Shown one piece after another: positions 9,763 through 19,904 of a stretch of 64,000 bases of DNA. Every line of letters starts with the position of its first letter. The first letter of the stretch is position 1. The notes beneath the pieces are model-generated. The model did not search any database. It worked only from the letters and a program-made list of their open reading frames with translations, and was not told where the DNA came from. Source of the DNA: a virus; the IMG/VR virus record IMGVR_UViG_3300042691_019786; one strand, written 5' to 3'. Made by a program: the position numbers and the translations under genes.

Positions 9763-10254
9763 TTAAAAATTATCTTCCAAATGTTTTGGTATATAATCAG
9801 CAATATTTCTTTTCCACCAATTTTTAAACTTACGTTTTATTCTTTCTTTAAAAAAATAGAATCGCATATCTAAATTAGCAACTTTTTCACCCAACCATGT
9901 GTAATCTGTGAAACCATCTTCATCATATTCATACTCATTACATGGATATGGTCTACCACGTTCATCAATATACTGCCAATAACCATCTTCTTCTTTGGTT
10001 ATTTTATCAGTATATTCATCACCTTCGTATTCAACCCATCGCCAATCTTTACTTTCAATACCTTCTGGTTCATCTGTTGGTAATCCTTCTTGTGGTAAAC
10101 CATAATGCCAGTTGCATGAACAACCAATATCATCTGGTGTACCAATACAATCATCACAGATATATGGGTTATCATTATTGGCATAACCTGGCATGTATAA
10201 CCATACAGCTACATTACCACAATCACATTTCTTTTTACCACGTTCTAGTATCAT
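9763..10254 (-). CDS. Cys-rich hypothetical protein
   Basis: CDCG...CDDC...GCSC...GRPYPC. Confidence 0.55.
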   Translation of the reverse strand: MILERGKKKCDCGNVAVWLYMPGYANNDNPYICDDCIGTPDDIGCSCNWHYGLPQEGLPTDEPEGIESKDWRWVEYEGDEYTDKITKEEDGYWQYIDERGRPYPCNEYEYDEDGFTDYTWLGEKVANLDMRFYFFKERIKRKFKNWWKRNIADYIPKHLEDNF

Positions 10255-10435
10255 CTACAAACAAATTTTTGTTGTTATCAATGAATTTAACAAATAATTG
10301 TTGCATTTCGAAGGGTAATGGGAAACCACCCATGTAGACAACTCCCATTACCACTTCTAATTCTTGTCCAGCTTTAAGGTCCATACCTTTAGCGACAGTT
10401 ACATCTTGTTTTAATCTATAAACAGTTCCGTTCAT
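10235..10435 (-). CDS. hypothetical protein
   Basis: packed ORF. Confidence 0.55.
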   Translation of the reverse strand: MNGTVYRLKQDVTVAKGMDLKAGQELEVVMGVVYMGGFPLPFEMQQLFVKFIDNNKNLFVDDTRTW

Positions 10436-10436
10436 A

Positions 10437-11273
10437 TTAAGCCATTTTAAAGAACATTTCTCTTACTTTAGATGAAATGTATTTATTTATTTCTTTTGGT
10501 TCCAATTGGTTCTCTACCATTGTATCCATTTCTTCTTTGATAACGTCATTAACAACCCATCTGATAACGTCACCCATTTTCTTAACATCAATAGGTTCGT
10601 TGTTTGGGAAAATGTTTTCTAACGCTTGGTTAAAACGACTTTCAGATACTGCATAATCAACAAATTCTTTAATAGAATTTAATTTCTCAACATCAACAGC
10701 TGCAAGTGTTTTTACTTTAGAACTAGAGTGGCGTTCGCCCTTTACCTTGAAACGATGAACAACACCTTTAAAATCAGCAGTCCATACAATACCTTCACCA
10801 ATTCCAGAGTAACCAAAAGCTTTTGCTACTGGACATTCTTCTTCAACTTTGATAGTCAACTCAGACAACTGATTTTGTACCAATTGTGGCATGTTAAAAT
10901 CAATATCGATTGAATATGTAGGGTAATCGTCAATATTGTAAATATTCTGCTCTGGTGCTCTTAAATAAGAGTAATCAACCCAATATGCTGGATTAGCTTT
11001 TAACTCTTCTTCAGTTTCAGTATGTGGTGTGATTTTAACACCAAAGATAAAGAAAGATTTAGGTAAATTGCAAACACCAACACCTTTTTGAATATTACCA
11101 CCAGCCCATTCACCGTAGATTGTTACAGTATTTTTATCACCGTCTAAACCATTGTTTAACAACACAGCATTAATCATAGCTTCAAAAATTTCTTTATGTG
11201 AATGCACAAAAAATGCAAATCCAGCGTTATCAGATGTTTTAATTTCTCTAATATTTTTTATTTTCTTTTCCAT
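10437..11273 (-). CDS. Rnl2-family RNA ligase, C-terminal half
   Basis: DNAGFAFF; motifs III (IYGEWAG), IIIa (FFIFGV), IV (GEGIVW) and V (FKVKG); lacks motif I. Confidence 0.8.
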   Translation of the reverse strand: MEKKIKNIREIKTSDNAGFAFFVHSHKEIFEAMINAVLLNNGLDGDKNTVTIYGEWAGGNIQKGVGVCNLPKSFFIFGVKITPHTETEEELKANPAYWVDYSYLRAPEQNIYNIDDYPTYSIDIDFNMPQLVQNQLSELTIKVEEECPVAKAFGYSGIGEGIVWTADFKGVVHRFKVKGERHSSSKVKTLAAVDVEKLNSIKEFVDYAVSESRFNQALENIFPNNEPIDVKKMGDVIRWVVNDVIKEEMDTMVENQLEPKEINKYISSKVREMFFKMA

Positions 11274-11281
11274 TTTTATGT

Positions 11282-11542
11282 TTATATTTTTTTATTTTTT
11301 TCAAACCATTCATCTAAAGTGAATACGTATTCATCTACATTTTTGACGTAATCTTCTTCAAATATAGTTTTTTCCACTATTTGCCATACATATACGGATG
11401 TTATACCTAGTTCATCTAAAATCATAGGATTCTCTAAAACATCAAGTATGAATTTCTCTTTAGATTCATATTCAAATGGTATATTCCACTCCCAACACTC
11501 TGGTTCGGAACAATATGTATAATCAAAAACTAACTTTTCCAT
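11282..11542 (-). CDS. hypothetical protein inserted between the ligase halves
   Basis: ORF with a TACATTTG box at 11556-11563. Confidence 0.55.
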   Translation of the reverse strand: MEKLVFDYTYCSEPECWEWNIPFEYESKEKFILDVLENPMILDELGITSVYVWQIVEKTIFEEDYVKNVDEYVFTLDEWFEKNKKI

Positions 11543-11625
11543 TTTTTATTTTTTACAAATGTACGACATTTTTTTAACTTTTCCAAATTTTATAGATATT
11601 TATTAAAAAACGATAAACCAGCATT

Positions 11626-12456
11626 ATGAAAAAACAAAATTACCATTATGTTTATAGAATTACTAATAAACTAAATAAAAAACATTACTATGGTTCTAGA
11701 ACATCAAAAATAGAACCTAAATATGATTTAGGTGTGAGTTATTTTAGTTCTAGCTCTGACAAAGAATTTATTAACGACCAAAAATTAAATACACACAATT
11801 ACAAATATGTTATAGTTAGAGTTTTTAATTCTAGAAATGAAGCTTTATTATTTGAGTCGCATTTACATGCTAAATTCAATGTTGCTAAAAATGATAAATT
11901 TTATAATAAATCAAACGTAACAACAACTGGTTTTATTTACGGTTTTCTTGGTAAAAAACACAACCCAGAATCACGCAAAAATGCAATAACAAAAAAAGTT
12001 AATACTATGAAAACAACTATTAACAATAATGGTCAAAATCTATATAATTTAGCCGCTAGAAAAGGTGATGAGACAAAAAGAAACACTATCACATCTGATG
12101 GGTTAAATATCCATCAATTAGCAGCTAAAAAATATAAAGAACGTTTGGACGTTATTAAAGATGGTGAAACAATGTCTACTAGAGACAAATTAAAACAACC
12201 TAAAAAAGATAAAACAAATTACCAAAAAGAGGCTGAAATTATCCACATATATAACAACAACAATGAATTAATTTATGTAGTAACAATAAATTTAAGAAAA
12301 TTTTGTAAGGAACATAAATTACCATATACTGAATTATATAATTCAAAAAGAAACAACATCAAACTTTATGAAAATATTACTGATAAACGAATTATTACTA
12401 TATTAACCAATAAAGATTTTTACAAATATAAAAATTGGTATGCTATAAAACAATAA
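11626..12456 (+). CDS. GIY-YIG (Seg-like) homing endonuclease
   Basis: YVYRITN...HYYGSR...YFSSS...FYNKS; antisense within the split ligase locus. Confidence 0.85.
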   Translation: MKKQNYHYVYRITNKLNKKHYYGSRTSKIEPKYDLGVSYFSSSSDKEFINDQKLNTHNYKYVIVRVFNSRNEALLFESHLHAKFNVAKNDKFYNKSNVTTTGFIYGFLGKKHNPESRKNAITKKVNTMKTTINNNGQNLYNLAARKGDETKRNTITSDGLNIHQLAAKKYKERLDVIKDGETMSTRDKLKQPKKDKTNYQKEAEIIHIYNNNNELIYVVTINLRKFCKEHKLPYTELYNSKRNNIKLYENITDKRIITILTNKDFYKYKNWYAIKQ

Positions 12457-12814
12457 TCTCACCTATTTTATAATCATTAATTACTTTACCATTAATAATC
12501 GCATTTTCATCAAATAATTGTTTTGAACCATCTTCAAACTCAATTTCTATTAATTTTGAAGGTGCTGGTGTGATAATATTCTCACGAGATTGAGCCCACA
12601 TACCGCTTAGTGCGTTAAAAGACACACCAGCATTGGTACCATGTATTTTTACAGTACCTTTGAATGTGATAGTTGGTTTTGGTAATGTTGGGTCATAAAT
12701 CGCCTCACCATTTTCATCCAAACCAACAAAGTTGAAATGTCTGTTGACATTAGAAACAACTGTTCTAAATTGTTCAATAGACGGGAACTTGATTAATCGT
12801 TTATTTTTATTCAT
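12443..12814 (-). CDS. Rnl2-family RNA ligase, N-terminal half with a 40-aa C-terminal tag
   Basis: KFPSIEQF; motif I KIHGTNAGV; QSRENIITP followed by non-ligase sequence. Confidence 0.8.
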   Translation of the reverse strand: MNKNKRLIKFPSIEQFRTVVSNVNRHFNFVGLDENGEAIYDPTLPKPTITFKGTVKIHGTNAGVSFNALSGMWAQSRENIITPAPSKLIEIEFEDGSKQLFDENAIINGKVINDYKIGEIIVL

Positions 12815-12829
12815 GTTATTCTTTTTTTT

Positions 12830-13288
12830 TTAAAAATTGTAACTAATACTTGGTGTTACGTAATCGACACCATCCCAGTTTGTGTAAGACACGCCATATC
12901 CTATCTTATTATGTGTATATGATACACCTAATCCGTATTCAATAAAATTATGTTTAGTATCAATGTAACTACCGACACCCAATATGATATTACCATATAC
13001 TTTACCAATAGGGAATGATGGTGCTACTTTAACTTCATAGAAATAGTTTCTAATATCATCATTCTTAAAAATACCATCTAAACTACCTCTACCTAACGCT
13101 AACCCAAAAGCTACATCGTTACACACAACACCAAATTCTAATGAACTATATGAACCAGTGTTAAAATCTGAATTGTTTGATAATGAAACACCCCATGATA
13201 CATACTTTCCAACATTACATTTTGTTGAATCTTGTGCGAAAGTGCTAACCGCCCACATACACATTACTAATAATACTAATTTTCTCAT
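12830..13288 (-). CDS. putative outer-membrane beta-barrel protein
   Basis: signal peptide, alternating beta-strand pattern, C-terminal SYNF. Confidence 0.55.
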   Translation of the reverse strand: MRKLVLLVMCMWAVSTFAQDSTKCNVGKYVSWGVSLSNNSDFNTGSYSSLEFGVVCNDVAFGLALGRGSLDGIFKNDDIRNYFYEVKVAPSFPIGKVYGNIILGVGSYIDTKHNFIEYGLGVSYTHNKIGYGVSYTNWDGVDYVTPSISYNF

Positions 13289-13481
13289 TTTTTATCTACT
13301 TTATTTTTAACATACTTTACAGCTTCTGGACCATGTTCAACAATTACTTGTTTTACACTATCAATTACCGTGTCTTCTACTCTATTTTTTAATTTATTTA
13401 CTTTATAAACAACAAATAATATGGCAAATGCTATTACTACCAATAAAATACCCAATGCTACTACTAATACTGCTACCATAC

Positions 13482-14876
13482 TTATACTGTTAAACCTATT
13501 GCTGCATTTTGTATTTCTATACACTCGTCAAGTGAGTTAGCCTCTGATTTGTCATCTCTAAAGTGTTTAAACGCTGGATATAACAATGAGTATGCACCAG
13601 TGTGGTCAAAAGATAACCCAGAACACTTAACTTCGATGATAGTACCTAACAAATTGTCTTGATTCTCTGTAATTTCAGCCATCAAAGACTCTGTTAACCC
13701 TTGTGGTCTTGTTTTTAATTTACCACATGATGTCTCAGCATTGAATGAACTGATTACATTTTCGTTTTTGGTACCTTTTGTACCATAGTTAAACCCAGTG
13801 ATAACCAAATCCAACGTTAATTCCAACTTCATTTTGATTTGATGTGTTGGTTTACCATCTTTCCAACTACCATCATATGCTTTAAGAATAGTACCTTCTT
13901 CACCTCTACCTAATATTTCTTGGAAGTGTTTAATCGCATCTTCATATGTTTCAACAATTACTGATTCAACAACTGAAATCATTGTTGCATTAGCCACAGA
14001 TACATAACTAGCAGCAAATTCAAGTCTTTCATTATATGGTGTTTTAGAACCTTTCTCGAAATATTCATCAATTGATATAGTATCCCAAACTGTGTAACGA
14101 ATTTTATCTAACGCTTCTTGTAATTCACCGTGTTTTTCTTCAAAAGCAGCAATTTTCTTTTCATTTTCTTTTTCAGAACGACTTTCTTTCTTACCACAAA
14201 TATCAATCAATGATGCAATAATACCGTTAGATTCATAACGTGGAATCCCATCCATTGTTAATTCACCATTTAACACACAATCTTCAAAATTACTTAGTTC
14301 TGAAAGAAATTTAGCACCAGTAAGAATAGTTGCTTCACCTTGTCGGCTTTCTAGTTCAACTTCACCATTACGAATAACTGCGTTACAATAACGACCATCC
14401 ATTTTAACTTGTGAATAACCTCTTCCACCTTTCTCAAAAATTTTACGTGCTTTCTTTTCGTCAAATGATACAGCACCCATATATGGCGTATCTTCGATTA
14501 AGTCTTTGAAAACTTTATTGATAAAAGTTGTACCCATACCAATCTTACAATCTTTATCGATAATACGTTCAATAATGTAAGCATCGTCAGCTGATACGTT
14601 TTCTAACCAAATAGTTAGTTTATCAATAGCTAGTTGACCAGTGAAGTCACGGTTTGCGATTTGCATCAACATACCCAACGCTTGTTCTAACGTCCAATCA
14701 ACTTGGTTGTGAGTGTATTCTGGTACACGTTTAATATAAAACTTAACTCGTTTAGAGTTAGCCATATATAACACTCTTCTCAATAACTCATTGTCTGAGT
14801 ATTTTTTAAGGATTTCAATCTTAGCGTTGTTACCACTAGTTGATGCAATCTCGTCAAAAATCTGTTTAATAGTCAT
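13482..14876 (-). CDS. ATP-dependent DNA ligase
   Basis: KMDGRY (motif I), LNGEL, EEGTILK, IKMK; C-terminal OB fold. Confidence 0.92.
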   Translation of the reverse strand: MTIKQIFDEIASTSGNNAKIEILKKYSDNELLRRVLYMANSKRVKFYIKRVPEYTHNQVDWTLEQALGMLMQIANRDFTGQLAIDKLTIWLENVSADDAYIIERIIDKDCKIGMGTTFINKVFKDLIEDTPYMGAVSFDEKKARKIFEKGGRGYSQVKMDGRYCNAVIRNGEVELESRQGEATILTGAKFLSELSNFEDCVLNGELTMDGIPRYESNGIIASLIDICGKKESRSEKENEKKIAAFEEKHGELQEALDKIRYTVWDTISIDEYFEKGSKTPYNERLEFAASYVSVANATMISVVESVIVETYEDAIKHFQEILGRGEEGTILKAYDGSWKDGKPTHQIKMKLELTLDLVITGFNYGTKGTKNENVISSFNAETSCGKLKTRPQGLTESLMAEITENQDNLLGTIIEVKCSGLSFDHTGAYSLLYPAFKHFRDDKSEANSLDECIEIQNAAIGLTV

Positions 14877-14942
14877 ATTTTTTTCTTTTGTTTTACAAAT
14901 GTACGAATTTAAATTGAATCCACCAAATCTAATTTAAAATTT

Positions 14943-15308
14943 TTAATCAATTCCTTTTTCAGCAGCATGTTTATCACACAAACTTTTTATCCAATCCAAC
15001 TTTCTAGGATAGCCATGGTCACCACAAACTTCACATATTTCATATGATAACTTTTCATATGTTAATATTATGTCATGCATCTCTGGTGTTGGGTCTTTTA
15101 CGTAGAAATTAAGCCCACCAAACTTCTCTTTTGATTGAATCATAGTTCTATCCCAACCTAACGATAAAAGTTCGTCTATGAGGTTCTTTAACAACTGAAA
15201 CCAACCTTCACCAACACCAAACATAGATGGGTTGGTAAGGTTAGCACCTTTCCAATTATAAACACCACCAATGGAAATAAGATATTGTTCAAATTCTTCT
15301 CTACTCAT
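14943..15308 (-). CDS. phage hypothetical protein
   Basis: GWFQL...QSKEKFGGLNFY...CEVCG...LCDKH. Confidence 0.6.
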   Translation of the reverse strand: MSREEFEQYLISIGGVYNWKGANLTNPSMFGVGEGWFQLLKNLIDELLSLGWDRTMIQSKEKFGGLNFYVKDPTPEMHDIILTYEKLSYEICEVCGDHGYPRKLDWIKSLCDKHAAEKGID

Positions 15309-15485
15309 GTTTATTTTTTAATTCGATTAAACCATTCAATAACTTCAGAATCGCTAGTGTAGTCATATAACTCTGAACCACCAAATCTATCTTTACAAGC
15401 TATTAATAATTCGATAACATCCCTTTCTGTATAAACTTTAGGTTTGTTTTCCTCTTCAATACGAGAATCATTTTGTATACTATCT

Positions 15486-15770
15486 TTACTCATGTTTATT
15501 CATTTCTTTTTTAATACCCCAATAAGTACCTAACGTACCACCAATTAAAAATGCTAATATTGGTAAGAACTCACCATGCATTATTGAATTACCACCGATA
15601 GATATCGATACTAACCATGCTAACCCAATCCCATTACCACTTATGATTGCTGGAACCATTTTACGTTCAGCAGTATAAATAACATTTATTGTTCTCAAAT
15701 AAATGAAAATGATTTGACTAATCAACACAACAAATGCTGATAAATACGGATTTGCTAATATTTCTTTCAT
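15486..15770 (-). CDS. small membrane protein
   Basis: three hydrophobic segments. Confidence 0.55.
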   Translation of the reverse strand: MKEILANPYLSAFVVLISQIIFIYLRTINVIYTAERKMVPAIISGNGIGLAWLVSISIGGNSIMHGEFLPILAFLIGGTLGTYWGIKKEMNKHE

Positions 15771-16529
15771 ATTTTATTTTATTAATTCATCGATAGCCAA
15801 CTCCATAAGTGTTGCTGCCAATTCTAAATTTCTATATTGAGACCTATGAGCTTGCATTCTGATTTCAATATCAAATTCTTCACAATACAAACTGACACCT
15901 CTTGGCACACCACAATGTTGACCACCTTTTTCTAGTTCTGGGTAAGATTTTTTAACAACCTTACCCATCACTTCTTTCTTTAACGCTTCTCTATCCACGA
16001 TATCTATTTTTTTCTAATTTAATAATAGTTGATGCTTCATGCAACATACTTTCACCACCTTGTAAATGATGACTCTTCGTCCCATCAGTAACAAAGAACA
16101 TTCGACCTTCAAATGATTTAGTAAATGATTCTAAACCTTGATGTGTGCCAGTAACTAATGTCATCTTATGTTTCTTAATTAGTTCAGCTAATTCTGTGTA
16201 AAACTCTCTAGTCATATTACCAAGATATTGTTGTATAACTACCATCACGTTGGTCGCTATATTTGTTTACTATAAAACCTCTGTTTTCTAACTCTTTTTT
16301 GGTTAAATCATCAACATATATAGCAATAGTAGTGCTTAATTTATTCTGTTCTACAGCTTTTTTAACCCCATTTAAGCAAACATCAACTTCTTTTCGCACT
16401 TTTTCACCTAAAATAGATTGGGCTGTTTTTCTAGCCCAATCCGCTGTTATTTCGTTATTTTCCATTTTTTCTTTTTTTGTTTCACTTCTAAACCATTGAA
16501 ACCCTTCTGGTCCTCCATCAATTAACATA

Positions 16530-17654
16530 TTACAACATTTTATATAACGTTTTATCGTCATAGTTAAACATATATTCTTCAACTGATGCTATTTTGTAAT
16601 CTTTCAACCCAAAATACAACCCAGTAAAGTTTTTTAAATCATATTTCTCACAAACTTCAAACACAGCAGCAGCAAACTTTTTTTGTTCTGGTTTTGTTAC
16701 GTTTTTTGGTTTACGCAACTTTAATTCATCCCATACAACATTCAATTTTGCAACCAACGCATCGTAAGACTCTTTAAGACGATTTAATTCTTCTGTTCTT
16801 TCTGGGAAAGTAGCAGCAAATTCTTCTATCTCGTTAGTTTTTACAATAGTTAATATGTTGTGTTCAGCAGTTTTACCTTTCAAGTGGTGTACCGCAACAT
16901 ATGCTGGATTTTTCACTTTAACACGATTGTCATTACCATCACGTACAACATAACCTTCTTCAGACCATGGCATACCTTCAAATGTTTTCAACAAGTGACC
17001 AACATTTTTTGCGTTTAAATCAAAAGATTTTACCAATGGTATATCCAATGATACCGCAGTCATTTCCAAGTCTCTCCCAGACAACTCAACAAGTGTTTTT
17101 CTGTTTCTAACAGCCAACAAAGTCGCTGATGATTCACCATGTGGTTTTACTACTATGTTATATGGTGTAGTTAACTCAAACACATAGATATAATCATAAT
17201 TTAACAAACATGCATTGAATGTGTATTTGTTGTTAACAGTATCCCAAAACAATTCGTTAAATTTAGTACCATTTTTGTTGTTAACTTCACCTTCACCGTT
17301 TGCAGTACCAGTAGTACCAGCATACCATGTCATGTCGTGCCAATCATAATACACTTGTATCATAGTACCATCCAATTTTTCAAGTACTTGTGCAGTATTC
17401 CAATCTATTTTAGCAGCGTTACCTTCTTCAGAGTTGAAGAATTTTCTAAACGCCAAAGACATTACGTTCCAAGTACCTTTTTCAAGGATGATTCCACGAC
17501 AATCTTGCATCTCTGGCAATGACATAAGTGTTGGTGACACTAATTGGTCATACTTCAAGAGTATTTTGTGTTCATACTCTCTAGTTTTTAAAGAAAAGTC
17601 TTTGATTGTTTTTTCTAAACCGTGTGTTCTTAAATATTTTTGTATAGCTAACAT
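16530..17654 (-). CDS. T4 Rnl1-like RNA ligase
   Basis: CRGIIL, KFFN, EKLDGT (motif I), FELTTPYNIVV, EEGYVV, RVKVK. Confidence 0.85.
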   Translation of the reverse strand: MLAIQKYLRTHGLEKTIKDFSLKTREYEHKILLKYDQLVSPTLMSLPEMQDCRGIILEKGTWNVMSLAFRKFFNSEEGNAAKIDWNTAQVLEKLDGTMIQVYYDWHDMTWYAGTTGTANGEGEVNNKNGTKFNELFWDTVNNKYTFNACLLNYDYIYVFELTTPYNIVVKPHGESSATLLAVRNRKTLVELSGRDLEMTAVSLDIPLVKSFDLNAKNVGHLLKTFEGMPWSEEGYVVRDGNDNRVKVKNPAYVAVHHLKGKTAEHNILTIVKTNEIEEFAATFPERTEELNRLKESYDALVAKLNVVWDELKLRKPKNVTKPEQKKFAAAVFEVCEKYDLKNFTGLYFGLKDYKIASVEEYMFNYDDKTLYKML

Positions 17655-17719
17655 GCGTTAATTTTTTAATGTTAGACAAATGTAGGTATAAATTTTTAAT
17701 AAAACAAATAAAACGATGA

Positions 17720-18073
17720 TTAATTTATTTCATCATCGTTTTTACCATTGTTTTTATCTCTTAGGCTATTTATTTTTTTGATAAACTCATCATAAGTTTT
17801 ATCATCCAATTTATTGTTAAATAAATCAGCAATAGGGTTTTCATCTTGCATAGCGTCTAATATCTTCTTTGATGAAAACATTGAGCATAAGTCAGAAAAT
17901 TTAAATATATCATCATCACCACCTATGAGTAAACCACTCATAAAAACCATAATTGTACCAAATTGAGCTAAAGCTATATCACCTTCTTCTTTACCTTCAG
18001 TAATAAGAGATTGGCCCATTTTCATAAATTTGGTACTTAAATCCAATCTTCTGTCGATTTCTTTTCTGTTCAT
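17720..18073 (-). CDS. hypothetical protein
   Basis: ORF; likely start MNRKE. Confidence 0.5.
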   Translation of the reverse strand: MNRKEIDRRLDLSTKFMKMGQSLITEGKEEGDIALAQFGTIMVFMSGLLIGGDDDIFKFSDLCSMFSSKKILDAMQDENPIADLFNNKLDDKTYDEFIKKINSLRDKNNGKNDDEIN

Positions 18074-18108
18074 AAAACTATTTTTAACTAATATACTAAA
18101 TAAAACAA

Positions 18109-18756
18109 TTACTTGCAATAATAACTTGAATCAATTCTGATAGTAACACCATATTTCCTAGATAACGCATCAAATCTAGCGTCTAACTTCTTGTCAAAAC
18201 CAAAACTTTCTTCCAACTCGCCCTTTTCATCAACAAAATAAACAATGTATGAATTATCATTCCATGATTTTCTAATAAACTCAACTTTTAACTCACCTTT
18301 AAAGTATTCATCAATAACTCTAGAAACATCTTCTTTGATTGCTTTAGCGTCAACGTTATATTTGTATTGAATACCCATATCATTCATTGATTCCGATACT
18401 AGTTTGTTGTATTTACCAAATCTACCATTAACCAATACTTCCATTGGTTGCCATTTAACAACATGTGGTTCGTTATGTTCTATATTACCAGAATAATCAG
18501 CTAGATATGTGAAACCCATGAACCCATCTTTATGGATAGCAAAAATAAGTCTTAGATTAGTGACATCTAATCCAGTTTCTTCTTTTGTTTCACGTATCGC
18601 TGTGGTTTTAGGGTCACCATTGTCTTCTGGGTCCATTTTTCCTCCAGGTAATCCGAAATCATTATGGTCATCTTTTCTAGAAACACCTAAAATGTAACCT
18701 TCTGGATTAATTAGCACAACTTGTGCTGAAACTTTAATATCCTTATCAATCTTCAT
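18109..18756 (-). CDS. Nudix hydrolase
   Basis: Nudix box PGGK...TAIRETKEETGL. Confidence 0.9.
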   Translation of the reverse strand: MKIDKDIKVSAQVVLINPEGYILGVSRKDDHNDFGLPGGKMDPEDNGDPKTTAIRETKEETGLDVTNLRLIFAIHKDGFMGFTYLADYSGNIEHNEPHVVKWQPMEVLVNGRFGKYNKLVSESMNDMGIQYKYNVDAKAIKEDVSRVIDEYFKGELKVEFIRKSWNDNSYIVYFVDEKGELEESFGFDKKLDARFDALSRKYGVTIRIDSSYYCK

Positions 18757-18951
18757 ATTTTGTTATCTTTAAATTTTTGTCAATAAAAATATCATTTATG
18801 TTTAATATTTCTTTGACGTGAAATACTTCAGTTCTCATATCTGCCAATAAATTATCTTCTGGCACAAATTTTATTTTGTAAAGGGGTCCTTCTATCCATA
18901 GAATTTCTGAATATACAAAACCCCACCCTTTTAAATTTAATTTAACTTCGC

Positions 18952-19848
18952 TCATTGTTTTTTTATTTCAGTGACAATACCACTTATCATAAATGATTTA
19001 ATGTCTTGCCATTTTGTTATTTGATTGCTCATAACTGGTTTACCACCATCTGGGTTAATCGCAATAGTTATATGTGGAATTTCATTTTTTGATGGATAAC
19101 CGCTAACTCTTACAGCCATAGCTTTATCTGAAAGACCTAACGCTTCAACTGTCAATGTAACTTCTTTACCTAAATCAGTTTTATCTTTAAGTTCACCCAA
19201 ATTTATTGTCATATGATGTGTTATCACAGTCCAATCTTTTGGTATCCATATACCAAGTTTATCCAATAACGTACCTTTGGATTGTCCATCCAACAAAACA
19301 CAAGAATATAACACATCTGATTGTTTATACATATCTTTAGATTCAACTATTTTTTTAACAGTCAATGGCCCAACAGATTTATGTGAATCCATCATCATTT
19401 TTATTTTATCTAATGGAACTCCATGTGTATTTGACTCAGCTAATTGCTCAGCAGTCAAGTTACGAGTGCCAACATCATGTATTTGTATGTTGTTATCATC
19501 AAATCCCATTTCCAACGCTGCAACAACATATGCTTTAGCCTCATTGGCTTTGATATTCGTGTTATCTATTACAACTGGACTAATACCATCTTTCATAGAT
19601 TTGATTGCGTTAGATAAGTTCTTAGAGTGCATTCTAGACAAATCTTTAAAGTCTCCAGACTCTATCATTTTAGCAAAGAAACCTCTGTAGTCACCAGTAG
19701 CTTCAATTAAATCATCTGTTGAATGAATTATCCCTTCACCCATTAGTGATTTCGCCATTGTTGATTTTCCAGCCCCAGGAATACCACGCATCACAAACAA
19801 TTTTTGTGATGGTCTAGTTATTTCGATATTTAAAACATTTTTTTTCAT
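18952..19848 (-). CDS. P-loop polynucleotide kinase fused to a 2H cyclic phosphodiesterase (RNA end-healing)
   Basis: MRGIPGAGKST, VIDNTN, HGVP; C-terminal HHMTI and PHITIA. Confidence 0.8.
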   Translation of the reverse strand: MKKNVLNIEITRPSQKLFVMRGIPGAGKSTMAKSLMGEGIIHSTDDLIEATGDYRGFFAKMIESGDFKDLSRMHSKNLSNAIKSMKDGISPVVIDNTNIKANEAKAYVVAALEMGFDDNNIQIHDVGTRNLTAEQLAESNTHGVPLDKIKMMMDSHKSVGPLTVKKIVESKDMYKQSDVLYSCVLLDGQSKGTLLDKLGIWIPKDWTVITHHMTINLGELKDKTDLGKEVTLTVEALGLSDKAMAVRVSGYPSKNEIPHITIAINPDGGKPVMSNQITKWQDIKSFMISGIVTEIKKQ

Positions 19849-19904
19849 ATTGGCAAATGTACAGAATTAATTTTTATTAACCAAATTTATTGATAAATAT
19901 CTTA

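Noticed and set aside
11232-12565. Functional protein-splicing split intein in the RNA ligase
   Set aside because: No N-terminal Cys/Ser block, TxxH or C-terminal HN plus nucleophile.
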